Positions 12,207 through 25,405 of a stretch of 64,000 nucleotides of DNA are shown piece by piece. Source of the stretch: Macrostomum lignano. Lineage: Eukaryota. Every line of letters begins with the position of its first letter. Position 1 is the first letter of the stretch. Position numbers and translations under genes: made by a program. Below the pieces are notes generated by a model. It was not told where the DNA came from, did not search any database, and worked only from the letters and a program-made list of their open reading frames with translations. The stretch covers positions 1 to 64,000 of the forward strand of contig NIVC01001628.1 in assembly GCA_002269645.1 (NCBI GenBank). Direction: 5' to 3'.

Positions 12207-13360
12207 CCAGTTCATTTGAGAGGGTGCCAATTCATCTGAGAGGGCGCCAGTTCATTTGAGAGGGTGCCAATTCATCTGAGAGGGCGCCAGTTCATTTGAG
12301 AGGGTGCCAATTCATCTGAGAGGGCGCCAGTTCATTTGAGAGGGTGCCAATTCATCTGAGAGGGCGCCAGTTCATTTGAGAGGGTGCCAGCTCATCTGAG
12401 AGGGCGCCAGTTCATTTGAGAGGGTGCCAATTCATCTGAGAGGGCGCCAGTTCATTTGAGTAGGCCACAGTTCATCTGAGAGGGCGCCAGTTCATTTGAG
12501 TAGGCCACAGTTCATCTGAGAGGGTGCCAGTTCATTTGAGTAGGCCACAGTTCATCTGAGAGGGCGCCAGTTCATTTGAGTAGGCCACAGTTCATCTGAG
12601 AGGGCGCCAGTTCATTTGAGTAGGCCACAGTTCATCTGAGAGGGCGCCAGTTCATTCGAGTAGGCCACAGTTCATCTGAGAGGGCACCAGTTCATTTGAG
12701 AGGGTGCCAATTCATCTGAGAGGGCGCCAGTTCATTAGAGAGGGTGCCAATTCATCTGAGAGGGCACCAGTTCATTTGAGAGGGTGCCAATTCATCTGAG
12801 AGGGCGCCAGTTCATTTGAGAGGGTGCCAATTCATCTGAGAGGGCGCCAGTTCATTTGAGTAGGCCACAGTTCATCTGAGAGGGCGCCAGTTCATTTGAG
12901 TAGGCCACAGTTCATCTGAGAGGGCGCCAGTTCATTTGAGTAGGCCACAGTTCATCTGAGAGGGCGCCAGTTCATTTGAGTAGGCCACAGTTCATCTGAG
13001 AGGGCGCCAGTTCATTTGAGTAGGCCACAGTTCATCTGAGAGGGCGCCAGTTCATTTGAGTAGGCCACAGTTCATCTGAGAGGGCGCCAGTTCATTTGAG
13101 TAGGCCACAGCTCATCTGAGAGGGCGCCAGTTCATTTGAGTAGGCCACAGCTCATCTGAGAGGGCGCCAGTTCATTTGAGTAGGCCACAGTTCATCTGAG
13201 AGGGCGCCAGTTCATTTGAGTAGGCCACAGTTCATCTGAGAGGGCGCCAGTTCATTTAAGTAGGCCACAGTTCATCTGAGAGGGCGCCAGTTCATTTGAG
13301 TAGGCCACAGTTCATCTGAGAGGGCGCCAGTTTATTTGAGTAGGCCGCACCTCATCTGAG
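12207..13360. repeat. 40-bp dimeric minisatellite (two alternating 20-mers)
   Basis: AGTTCATCTGAGAGGGCGCC alternating with AGTTCATTTGAGTAGGCCAC. Confidence 0.97.
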
Positions 13361-13674
13361 GGCGGGGGCGGCCCTCCTTGCCCAGCGCCGGTTGATAAAC
13401 TCTTGGGGGTGACACTGATTGACTTATGTGAGTTAGGGACGAGGGTGGTTGTTGCTAAGTTACATCCAGACTTCTTCTCAACCAGTTCCGGGGACTTGAC
13501 CTGCACATCCGTGACCAGCGCTGACTTATTTCTTAATGGACAATCGGGAAATCCCATTTGAACCGAGAATTAAATAATTATCAATCGTCAAGGATTGAAG
13601 ACTAGCTGGTTGGAAATATCTGGAATGAAGGAGCATTTTATTGAAACGAACATTGAAGTGAGATCAAAAGTAAC

Positions 13675-14950
13675 TGAGAGATGAGAGAGGCAGAGATGAT
13701 AGAGGCAGAGATGAGAGAGACAGAGATGAGATAGGCAGAGATGAGAGAGGCAGAGATGAGAGGGACAGAGATGAGAGAGACATAGATGAGAGAGACAGAG
13801 ATGAGAGAGACAGAGATGAGAGAGACAGAGATGAGATAGGCAGAGATGAGAGAGGCAGAGATGAGAGAGGCAGAGATGAGATAGGCAGAGATGAGAGAGA
13901 CAGAGATGAGATAGGCAGAGATGAGAGAGACAGAGATGAGATAGGCAGAGATGAGAGAGACAGAGATGAGAGAGGCAGAGATGAGAGAGGCAGAGATGAG
14001 AGAGACAGAGATGAGATAGGCAAAGATGAGATAGGCAGAGATGAGAGATACAGAGATGAGATAGGCAGAGATGAGAGAGACAGAGATGAGATAGGCAGAG
14101 ATGAGAGAGGCAGAGATGAGAGAGGCAGAGATGAGAGAGACAGAGATGAGAGAGACAGAGATGAGAGAGACAGAGATGAGATAGGCAGAGATGACAGAGA
14201 TGAGAGAGACAGAGATGAGATAGGCAGAGATGAAAGAGACAGAGATGAGAGAGACAGAGATGAGATAGGCAGAGATGAGAGAGACAGAGATGAGAGAGGC
14301 AGAGATGAGAGAGACAGAGATGAGAGAGGCAGAGATGAGAGAGGCAGAGATGAGATAGGCAGAGATGAGAGAGACAGAGATGAGATAGGCAGAGATGAGA
14401 GAGACAGAGATGAGAGATACAGAGATGAGATAGGCAGAGATGAGATAGGCAGAGATGAAAGAGACAGAGATGAGAGAGACAGAGATGAGAGAGACAGAGA
14501 TGAGAGAGACAGAGATGAGAGAGGCAGAGATGAGAGAGACAGAGATGAGAGAGGCAGAGATGAGAGAGACAGAGATGAGATAGGCAGAGATGAGAGAGAC
14601 AGAGATGAGAGAGACAGAGATGAGAGAGGCAGAGATGAGAGAGGCAGAGATGAGAGAGACAGAGATGAGAGAGACAGAGATGAGATAGGCAGAGATGAAA
14701 GAGACAGAGATGAGAGAGACAGAGATGAGATAGGCAGAGATGAGAGAGACAGAGATGAGAGAGGCAGAGATGAGACAGACAGAGATGAGAGAGGCAGAGA
14801 TGAGAGAGACAGAGATGAGATAGGCAGAGATGAGAGAGACAGAGATGAGATAGGCAGAGATGAGAGAGACAGAGATGAGAGAGGCAGAGATGAGAGAGAC
14901 AGAGATGAGAGAGACAGAGATGAGATAGGCAGAGATGAGAGACTGAGAGA
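13675..14950. repeat. 15-bp purine-rich minisatellite GAGAGACAGAGATGA
   Basis: Directly visible. Confidence 0.98.
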
Positions 14951-16701
14951 GACAGTGCATCAATACATGCTCAAAGCGATGAGGTGAGAGATAAAAATGG
15001 CGAGAGATGCCGAGCTCCAGAGCTTCTTGGCCGGGCGAGAAGGAAGCGCTGGCAGAGATGTGAATTGAAGATGGCGCGGGGGTTCAAAAACCCCCGGCAG
15101 GTGACGGCCAGAACTGAGAGTGAGAAGTGCAGGAGATATTGTGAATGCAGAGCGAGTGTAAGGCCGGGTCAGCCAACCCCGGCTGAACCGCAGGGCCTTC
15201 AATTCCCACCTTCAACTTTCATTTCCTGTATCTGCAGGGCGGGTGTTTCTTCATTTTTTACAACAGCAGTTTTTCTTTATTGGCAGCGCGGCCGGGGAGT
15301 GAAGCAAAACTTGTTGCCAAAGCTGGGCGCTTCGTGGCTTTATGAATTCTTTATTGGAAAGCTGGTGCCAGCAGCAGGTCCGTTTGCTTGCCTCGACACT
15401 GGCCGATAGAGACAGACATTTGCCAGCCCCAATATCCCCTGCCAAAATCTGCCAATACCGTTCGCGTGCCGTCCATAATTTAGACAATCGATGGCGAGAG
15501 AAACGCACCACTGGATTTGCCGGTGCTGCGGACGGCAACGGAGCGGCTGGACAGTCGGCGCGCACGCCGCGCACTTCGAGGTGCTTCAAGAAAGTTTTTT
15601 TCATAAATTTTCAATGCCTCTTTATTGATTGGCTTTAAAAGCTTATTTGGTGCTTATCTGGCTCAGGAAGGCTGCACTGTTGACCTACCCTGAGCAGCAG
15701 ATAGTTGCAATCAGTCAGTTTGCAGTCTTGGCGAGACGTCTGGGGCACTGAGACGCAAATCAAGACGACAAGCTGTCATGCTCCTTCATGCTCACACTTA
15801 CACTAGATGTTCTATGCTTTCGAGAAATCGACTTTTCTTGACCGAACTTGTCTATGGCGAAAGCCCATCCAGCACTATGCGATGCAATTAAATCAGTTCC
15901 CTGCCGACTTCCAGCTCATTTCTAAGAAAACCGAGAGTATCGGCCTTCTAATTCAGCTGTCTATGTCGCGAGCACGGGGTGTGCAAGGTGGTCGCATCTA
16001 CTAAAAAAAATTGAAACCCTTTTAATTAAAGCTTTCTACATTTTTGGGCTTTTCTACACACTGAACGCTCCGAGCGCAGAGCTCAACTATGCCAAGCAGA
16101 ATGCTCAAGTTGCTGGTCGAGAATCCGCTAGCCAGACCTGCAGCTGACGGTCGCCCTCGGACAGACAATCAGATCCGGGATCTCCCTTAATGCCGTGACT
16201 GACGGCCGGCTAATCCCGGACTTTTGTTTGACGACGCGGTGCGCGCTTTAGGGGGGAGGGCCGGCCGGATTTGATAATAGTTGCTAAGCCTCCAGCTGTC
16301 TGTCTGACCGCCCCTGCCTGCCGGCCAATGAATATGCAGACCAGCCCCAGCATCGGTCTCAGACTTGGCCTGAGCAGCAAAAAAATTGCTCAGATCGCTG
16401 AGAATGTTGCCAGCGGAACCACGGGCTGCCCGGCGGGACTGCCTTCATGCTAACTCGGTTAGGACCTGCCCGGGGCCGGCAGGGGCGAAGCAGCTGGCCC
16501 GGCACTAAATCACCCCGCCCGCCAGACAGGGGCTGCAATTTTCTCAGTTAGTTCCGCGGTGTAGGGTAAGTCTGGATGAGGTATCGGCATGCTCAGCTGC
16601 TGGCGAGAACAGTATTTCTGAGATCTGGATGTGGCCTGCTGTTGCCATTGCCGAATGGTTCACGAATAGTTTTTTGAGCCACTTATTAACAGACTGTGGG
16701 A

Positions 16702-16703
16702 GG

Positions 16704-16768
<65 letters not shown>

Positions 16769-16826
16769 GGCAGACAGGCAGACAGGCAGACAGACAGACA
16801 GACAGACAGACAGGCAGACAGACAGG
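16702..16826. repeat. (GACA)n microsatellite
   Basis: Directly visible. Confidence 0.97.
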
Positions 16827-17106
16827 CATGCTGTGAAGCAACTCAGCAGCACGTGAGTGGGGGGGGGGGCAGACCTGCAGCACAGCGGGGGTCCGTGACC
16901 AGGCCGGCAGCGGCAGTGAGGCACGCATCAGTTCTGCCGCATTCCAGCAGTCAGAGGGGAGCCCCGGAGAGCTCGGGGTTAATTCCATCCGCAGCAGCTG
17001 AAGTGGCCTCTTGATTGCTGCCCAGCAGCCATTTCGGGTTATTTGGAGAATTCAGATGAGAATTTGGAGAAGTTTCCCAAGCCGAATAGCTAATCGCAGA
17101 GCTCAC

Positions 17107-17212
17107 CTGGATGAAGCTGAAGCTGCAGCAGCAGCAGCAGCAACAGCAAGGCGAGCAGCTGGTGTCTGAAAGAGTCTTTAACGGCAGCAGCTGAGTGACA
17201 GCTGTACTCCAT
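17107..17212 (-). CDS. CHRNA: nAChR alpha subunit, exon 1 (signal peptide)
   Basis: ATG at 17212; MEYSCHSAAAVKDSFRHQLLALLLLLLLLQLQLHP; donor CCAG|GTGAGC, phase 1 matches exon 2. Not in ORF track, found by eye. Confidence 0.8.
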
Positions 17213-17214
17213 TC

Positions 17215-17400
17215 TCAGTAGCCAATTTCGCTTATTCACCTTCTCCGGGTTGCTCAGTCGGCCTCAGTCTGCCAGAGCAATGGCTACCCGCTTATCAGCC
17301 AGTGCTGCCCCGCCCCAGAGCGAGTTGGGGGAGGACTTTGGCCCAATCACGAACTTTGAGACTCATGCAGCTCCAGATCGTCCAATGCCCGACTGCCTTC
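17215..17400 (-). promoter_or_regulatory. candidate nAChR proximal promoter (GC box, inverted CCAAT boxes)
   Basis: ccccgcccc near 17308; CCAAT near 17222, 17343 and 17382, directly upstream of the ATG. Motif-only evidence. Confidence 0.3.
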
Positions 17401-18754
17401 GCGGGTACTTTCTCAGCTAGTGTTTACCTTATGAGCCGTATTATTAACTTTGGCAAACATTCTGCGGGATTTGATTAATGCAGTAATACACGAGTAACAA
17501 TATATTGCAATTTTATATAATAGTTTCTAAAATACGCAACGTGATGATAGCTTTGTATTCAAGCTGTATTTTAGATTAGCAGAACGTACCATGTACTGGT
17601 TGCATTGGATGCACATTCTTCAAGAAACATTCATTTTAGCCTATGTCAATTTTTATTTTAATTATTAATGAGCCTCAATTTCAAGCTTACATTTTTAATG
17701 ATAATTATCTAACTACGAGTATTACTAACACTATTATTGATTGTTATTGTTACGAGTATTTTAATGGTTTCTCGAATAGTTAAATCAGAATTTTTTAAAA
17801 AATAATATGTTTGTTTTACTGTTACTATTACTTTAACTACGTATTAACAATAGAGCTCATTGCGCACAAGTCATGTCTCTTTTTTAAACCGTGATTCGAC
17901 GTGAATGTCGTTACGGGTGGTCTCGTAATTTGAGAAACATGACAAACATCAATTTGACTTGATTTAACCAACCTAAATTTAAATTCGCGAAAATTTTGTT
18001 TTTGTACCTCTGGAGACTTTTAACTTTAAAAAAAATAAATAATTAGTATTTCATCAACTCGATTCTTTGACCAAAAAGAAAGGACTGACTCAAATATTCA
18101 CGACTTCTACCTAAAAAAACTTTCACAAGAATATTGAGCATATCGAATAAACAAATATTTTTTGTCATACAGCTTAGTCACATTTTGAATCTAGCACATA
18201 CAGGTAGCTAAAATCACTCATTCCACCTGATCCCGACTCAGACCAGCCGAGCGGTTCCCCCAAAAAGCGACCGGCCACTAGCAATACGTGCGTCACTTTT
18301 CTGACTCGTCACCTTTATTAGCTCTGACAAAGTAATCAATTATTAATGAATGAGCAGAGCTCGCCGAAAAGATTTTGCCGGTATACGTCGAAGGCGATTG
18401 TGCCGATGCTGTCGTAAATTTTCACCGCGAATTGCAGCTAAGAACATACTCGTAATGCACCAAATATCCACAATGCAGTTCCCTACTGGTTTCAGGAGCA
18501 GCCTCATCTGAGATGCGCCCAACTGATTAATTATGACCTGCTGTCTGTCCGCTGCGTTCAACACAGGCCTGTTATCCCAGTTCTGATCTTCCTAATCCAC
18601 ATGGCAGGCTTTCTCAGACACCTGCAGTCGGTCGCGCAAAGTCTGCCAAGTTGCGGTCTCACCGTGTTATCTGGCATTTCTCATGCTGGAGAAGTCATCC
18701 GCGTATGACAAGCGGGTCTATTATTGCCTACTGATGGTGATGATGATCTGACCA

Positions 18755-21715
18755 CTCATTCCCGCTCCCTCTAGTCATCATTCCCGCTCCCTCTAGTCAT
18801 CATTCCCGCTCCCTCCATTTACGAGTATCGTTCCCGCTGCCTACACTCATCATTCCCGCTGCCTACACTCATCATTCCCGCTCCCTACACTCATCATTCC
18901 CGCTCCCTCCATTTACGAGTATCGTTCCCGCTCCCTACACTAATCATTCCCGCTCCCTGCACTTATTATTCCCGCTCCCTACACTCATCATTCCCGCTGC
19001 CTACACTCATCATTCCCGCTCCCTCTAGTCATCATTCCCGCTCCCTGCACTCATCATTCCCGCTCCCTACACTCATCATTCCCGCTCCCTGCACTCATCA
19101 TTCCCGCTCCCTGCACTCATCATTCCCGCTGCCTACACTCATCATTCCCGCTCCCTACACTCATCATTCCCGCTCCCTACACTCATCATTCCCGCTCCCT
19201 CTAGTCATCATTCCCGCTCCCTGCACTCATCATTCCCGCTCCCTACACTCATCATTCCCGCTCCCTGCACTCATCATTCCCGCTGCCTACACTCATCATT
19301 CCCGCTCCCTACACTCATCATTCCCGCTCCCTGCACTCATCATTCCCGCTCCCTACACTCATCATTCCCGCTCCCTCTAGTCATCATTCCCGCTCCCTGC
19401 ACTCATCATTCCCGCTCCCTACACTCATCATTCCCGCTCCCTGCACTCATCATTCCCGCTGCCTACACTCATCATTCCCGCTCCCTACACTCATCATTCC
19501 CGCTCCCTACACTCATCATTCCCGCTCCCTCTAGTCATCATTCCCGCTCCCTGCACTCATCATTCCCGCTCCCTACACTCATCATTCCCGCTCCCTCTAG
19601 TCATCATTCCCGCTCCCTACACTCATCATTCCCGCTCCCTCCATTTACGAGTATCGTTCCCGCTCCCTACACTAATCATTCCCGCTCCCTGCACTTATTA
19701 TTCCCGCTCCCTACACTCATCATTCCCGCTGCCTACACTCATCATTCCCGCTCCCTCTAGTCATCATTCCCGCTCCCTGCACTCATCATTCCCGCTCCCT
19801 ACACTCATCATTCCCGCTCCCTGCACTCATCATTCCCGCTCCCTGCACTCATCATTCCCGCTCCCTGCACTCATCATTCCCGCTCCCTACACTCATCATT
19901 CCCGCTCCCTCTAGTCATCATTCCCGCTCCCTGCACTCATCATTCCCGCTCCCTACACTCATCATTCCCGCTCCCTGCACTCATCATTCCCGCTGCCTAC
20001 ACTCATCATTCCCGCTCCCTACACTCATCATTCCCGCTCCCTACACTCATCATTCACGCTCCCTCCCTTATCATTCCCGCTCCCTCCCCTTATCATTCCC
20101 GCTCCTACACTCATCATTCACGCTCCCTCTAGTCATCATTCCCGCTCCCTACACTCATCATTCCCGCTCCCTGCACTCATCATTCCCGCTCCCTCTAGTC
20201 ATCATTCCCGCTCCCTGTAGTCATCATTCCCGCTCCCTGCACTCATCATTCCCGCTGCCTACACTCATCATTCCCGCTCCCTCTAGTCATCATTCCCGCT
20301 CCCTGCACTCATCATTCCCGCTCCCTACACTCATCATTCCCGCTCCCTGCACTCATCATTCCCGCTCCCTGCACTCATCATTCCCGCTCCCTGCACTCAT
20401 CATTCCCGCTCCCTACACTCATCATTCCCGCTCCCTCTAGTCATCATTCCCGCTCCCTGCACTCATCATTCCCGCTCCCTACACTCATCATTCCCGCTCC
20501 CTGCACTCATCATTCCCGCTGCCTACACTCATCATTCCCGCTCCCTACACTCATCATTCCCGCTCCCTACACTCATCATTCCCGCTCCCTCTAGTCATCA
20601 TTCCCGCTCCCTGCACTCATCATTCCCGCTCCCTACACTCATCATTCCCGCTCCCTCTAGTCATCATTCCCGCTCCCTACACTCATCATTCCCGCTCCCT
20701 CCATTTACGAGTATCGTTCCCGCTCCCTACACTAATCATTCCCGCTCCCTGCACTTATTATTCCCGCTCCCTACACTCATCATTCCCGCTCCCTACACTC
20801 ATCATTCCCGCTCCCTGCACTCATCATTCCCGCTGCCTACACTCATCATTCCCGCTCCCTACACTCATCATTCCCGCTCCCTACACTCATCATTCCCGCT
20901 CCCTACACTCATCATTCCCGCTCCCTCTAGTCATCATTCCCGCTCCCTGCACTCATCATTCCCGCTCCCTACACTCATCATTCCCGCTCCCTGCACTCAT
21001 CATTCCCGCTGCCTACACTCATCATTCCCGCTCCCTACACTCATCATTCCCGCTCCCTACACTCATCATTCCCGCTCCCTCTAGTCATCATTCCCGCTCC
21101 CTGCACTCATCATTCCCGCTCCCTACACTCATCATTCCCGCTCCCTCTAGTCATCATTCCCGCTCCCTACACTCATCATTCCCGCTCCCTCCATTTACGA
21201 GTATCGTTCCCGCTCCCTACACTAATCATTCCCGCTCCCTGCACTTATTATTCCCGCTCCCTACACTCATCATTCCCGCTGCCTACACTCATCATTCCCG
21301 CTCCCTCTAGTCATCATTCCCGCTCCCTGCACTCATCATTCCCGCTCCCTACACTCATCATTCCCGCTCCCTGCACTCATCATTCCAGCTCCCTACACTC
21401 ATCATTCCCGCTCCCTGCACTCATCATTCCCGCTCCCTCTAGTCATCATTCCCGCTCCCTGCACTCATCATTCCCGCTCCCTACACTCATCATTCCCGCT
21501 CCCTGCACTCATCATTCCCGCTCCCTACACTCATCATTCCCGCTCCCTGCACTCATCATTCCCGCTCCCTACACTCATCATTCCCGCTCCCTGCACTCAT
21601 CATTCCCGCTCCTACACTCATCATTCACGCTCCCTCCCTTATCATTCCCGCTCCTACACTCATCATTCCCGCTCTCTCCCCTTATCATTCACACTGCCTC
21701 CCCTTATCGTTCCCC
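18755..21715. repeat. 22-bp minisatellite TCATTCCCGCTCCCTACACTCA (~130 copies) with higher-order blocks
   Basis: Directly visible; upstream of the nAChR start. Confidence 0.98.
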
Positions 21716-23235
21716 CTGTCTCCGAAAAAAGTTAATTCATAATAACGTGAAAATTTAGTTGAAATAAGCAACTTACTTGAAGATTATTATTAAATTAAAC
21801 ATCTGCTTAGCTTATTATTTTGAAGCGAACACTTTTGTTGAACAAAGTGTATAATAAAGTAAAAGAGCAGACAGACGAGACAGAAAAAAAACACAGCGGT
21901 GCAAATAGCACTACTATTTAACAGAATACAAGCAGTGCAAAGTATAATTTTTTGCAAATAAAAATATGATCTTGAGGAATCGAGTTAAACGAATAGAAAA
22001 AATCATGAAAAAAAGAAAAACAAAAATATTTTCTGCTTTTACTTATGAGATAAAAGTTCATGCTCAGACAGGGACAGCCAGTCTAGGAAAAGACAAAACA
22101 CAAAAGTACAATCTGTCCTTTAATCTGCTTGACTTCCTGCCTATCTGAACAAAATTAGAAATATCATCATCGGGCTGATAGAAATTGCAGCGACAAAAAA
22201 AACAATCAAAATCGATTGCAAGAAATCGAAGAAAATACCGCACAAGAAATCGACGGTTGCAAGTGCTAACCATAATAGAGTTACAAAAAACAAAGAAAGG
22301 ATTAATACGAAACACGATGGCCTCGAGATTATAAGTCTAAAATCTATTCTTAAAAATGTATACCAAGTGTGCTAAAATCAACTTCACTTGATTTCACAAG
22401 TGTAAAATTGCTTCTATTTTTAGAAGCCACGAAATCACCCCCATAAAACGGCAATAGCGCACGAAACCACAGATAGCATAGCAGTGAAATAGATGGGCTG
22501 TTCAGCACGCTTGTGCGTTAAGCTATTTTCACTCCAGTAGAAAGTTTGAAGACTCGCTGATTGGCCCGCAGAACCCCCAAACAAAATCTCTACCCCGCCA
22601 CACCACCCAAATTTTAATTGCCTTCCCAGCACCCTAGCCTAAAGCTGGCATGTACATTGACACGGCTAAATGTACACTATGACTAAACCTAAAATAAGCA
22701 AGTTGTTTACGTGTTCGTCTGCAATCTCCTGCATCCAACTTATCCAAGTCTTTTCAACTGCCTTTCCCAAAATAACTTAAGCATTCTTCCTTGCTACGGA
22801 CCACAGATGCTATAATAATTAGGTACTACTAACTAACTAGGTGGGCCACTCAAGCTTTTTGGTTTGCTAAAACAGTAGCAAAGCAGAATTCGCAAGCTAT
22901 TTTTTCTAAAAGAAGGCAGTTTAACTTGCAAACGTTAACAACTGGAACACCGGAGGGCAATAAAAATTGAGCGGCGTAGCGGGGGTCGAGGGCCAATAAA
23001 ATGTTTCTATTTTAACTGTCTACTGAACAAAGTAGCTTATGCGCAAATTTGCTAAGTGACCCATTTAATTATCACAAACAGAGTATATAGATAGCATTTG
23101 TGCTACGGACCGGTGCTACGGTTTTAAACTAGATTCAGTTTTTAAAATATCAACAAAAATGATTAAAAAAATTGAGTAAAAAACTGCGCTAAAAAAGCGT
23201 CTGCGCTCTCGAAATAGAAACGAATTTGTGACCGT

Positions 23236-23796
23236 TTAGGAATCAGCCGGCTTGTACAGAATAGGAAACAGGCGCCGACGGCCGGGCCCGGCCTTGCGCA
23301 GGTGGTAGGCGCACCAGGCCGCCACGCACACGGCGAAAGTGCACAGAGGTGCGGCCAGCGCCCACCAGCTGCCCGTGCGCCACACAAAGGCGCCAGCGAA
23401 CGCGCCGAGCTCCGTCACCAGCGCCGAAATGCCGAGCCAGCGAGCCGCCTGGCAGCCCGGAGTCATCGGCAGCTGCACGACCCGCCCGTCGTCGTCGTCG
23501 CCGATCGGAGCGGCCCCGCCGCCGTCCACCGACTCGGCGGACACGGAGGCGGCGTCGGCGGCAGTGGATGGCAGCGGACCGGCGGCCACAGAGGCGGGAA
23601 CGCGGTTCCAGTACCACAGCACCTGCAGGCTGCTGATCTGGGACACCGTGCTGGAGAAGAAGGCCAGCACCGCGTACTGCAGTGGCATGCACAGCAGGTA
23701 CGGGCCTAGGTAGTCCGTTGTCTTGCCGACCGCTCCCATGGCAACCATCACCTTGGACAGGCCGTAGGTGGTCTGGCGTTGCGAGTTCAGGAAAAC
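23236..23796 (-). CDS. PQ-loop repeat membrane protein copy A, exon 2
   Basis: gcag|GTTTTCCTG phase 0; VFLNSQRQTTYGLS... continues the second PQ repeat; two extra hydrophobic helices; 353 aa total. Confidence 0.85.
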   Translation of the reverse strand, partial: VFLNSQRQTTYGLSKVMVAMGAVGKTTDYLGPYLLCMPLQYAVLAFFSSTVSQISSLQVLWYWNRVPASVAAGPLPSTAADAASVSAESVDGGGAAPIGDDDDGRVVQLPMTPGCQAARWLGISALVTELGAFAGAFVWRTGSWWALAAPLCTFAVCVAAWCAYHLRKAGPGRRRLFPILYKPADS

Positions 23797-24024
23797 CTGC
23801 AATTGATGGGTAAATAATTGCACAGCAGTCTTGACAGGTCCCTAAAACATAAAAATATGTACAGCCGATGCATTGGGGGCTTCCAGTTACCAACCTGTAT
23901 TTCTAATGAGCTTCTGTCCTATCCTATCACTGTATTCAGCTGTGTACTAACCACGACCAACTCTGCTTAACTTGAGCTGACCCGCTGGGCTAGAAAAATT
24001 CTCACTTGAAAATTTGAAACGAAC

Positions 24025-24525
24025 CTGCGGAAAAGTCTCAACACTCCATAGAGTGATGGAGATCCACTCCATCCACTGGGAAAACTGCAGCGACAGGGCC
24101 AGCTGGAGCGACACCAGCACCACCCACACGACAACGCAGACGGCCGTCACGATCAGCTTGAAGCGAGTCCGCGGTGCAAAGTAGAAGAACAGACCCAGCA
24201 GCGCCAGCTCCAGCACCGGCATGTACACAGCCGATATGTAGGCGTACAGCGGCATGACAGTCAGCTTGAACACGAAGAAGCTGTTGTTCAGCGCCGCTGT
24301 GAAGTTGGAAATTGCCCAGGCCGATGACACGCCCTGCATCGTCTTGTGGCGGATGCTGCGCCAGAACTGAGGCAGCAGGATGAGGAACCAAATGGCCGTG
24401 CTGGTCAGGCCGCCCAGGTTGGCCAGGACGCAGGTCCACTCGGGCATGTCCGGGTGGCAGTTGTGCAGCAGGATGGGCTTGTCTGTGTTGTTCACCACAC
24501 AGCTGCCATTGGCTGTCGTCGCCAT
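24025..24525 (-). CDS. PQ-loop repeat membrane protein copy A, exon 1
   Basis: Luminal N-glycosylation sequons (NGS, NNT), TM helices, LLPQFW and TFPQ motifs; donor CAG|GTTCGT. Confidence 0.88.
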
Positions 24526-24606
24526 CGGAGCTTTGCATGCAAGCAGCAGAGCGATTTTCTTTTAGAACTAATTCGATAAGGTATTGAAAACAAAACCCAT
24601 CAGAGC

Positions 24607-25405
24607 CCCAAGGCCTAAACTTCACTGACCAATCAGAGACCCCAAGCCTAAACTTCACTGACCAATCAGAGACCCCAAGGCTAAACTTCACTGACCAATC
24701 AGAGACCCCAAGCCTAAACTTCACTGACCAATCAGAGACCCCAAGGCCTAAACTTCACTGACCAATCAGAGACCCCAAGCCTAAACTTCACTGACCAATC
24801 AGAGACCCCAAGGCTAAACTTCACTGACCAATCAGAGACCCCAAGGCTAAACTTCACTGACCAATCAGAGACCCCAAGCCTAAACTTCACTGACCAATCA
24901 GAGACCCCAAGCCTAAACTTCACTGACCAATCAGAGACCCCAAGGCCTAAACTTCACTGACCAATCAGAGACCCCAAGCCTAAACTTCACTGACCAATCA
25001 GAGACCCCAAGGCTAAACTTCACTGACCAATCAGAGACCCCAAGCCTAAACTTCACTGACCAATCAGAGACCCCAAGGCCTAAACTTCACTGACCAATCA
25101 GAGACCCCAAGCCTAAACTTCACTGACCAATCAGAGACCCCAAGGCTAAACTTCACTGACCAATCAGAGACCCCAAGGCTAAACTTCACTGACCAATCAG
25201 AGACCCCAAGCCTAAACTTCACTGACCAATCAGAGACCCCAAGCCTAAACTTCACTGACCAATCAGAGACCCCAAGGCTAAACTTCACTGACCAATCAGA
25301 GACCCCAAGGCCTAAACGTCACTGACCAATCAGAGACCCCAAGGCTAAACTTCACTGACCAATCAGAGACCCCAAGGCTAAACTTCACTAACCAACCAGA
25401 GACCC
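24607..25405. repeat. 34-36-bp minisatellite with 23 GACCAATCAG (CCAAT) motifs
   Basis: CCAAG(G/C)CTAAACTTCACTGACCAATCAGAGACCC units; motifs counted manually. Confidence 0.98.

Noticed and set aside
13638-14963. 441-aa Ser/Leu/Ile ORF
   Set aside because: Translation of the 15-bp purine-rich minisatellite inside nAChR intron 1.
15655-15703. Hairpin (TATCTG-GCTCAGG...CCTGAGC-CAGATA) as a pre-miRNA
   Set aside because: Only ~49 nt with bulges; no supporting evidence.
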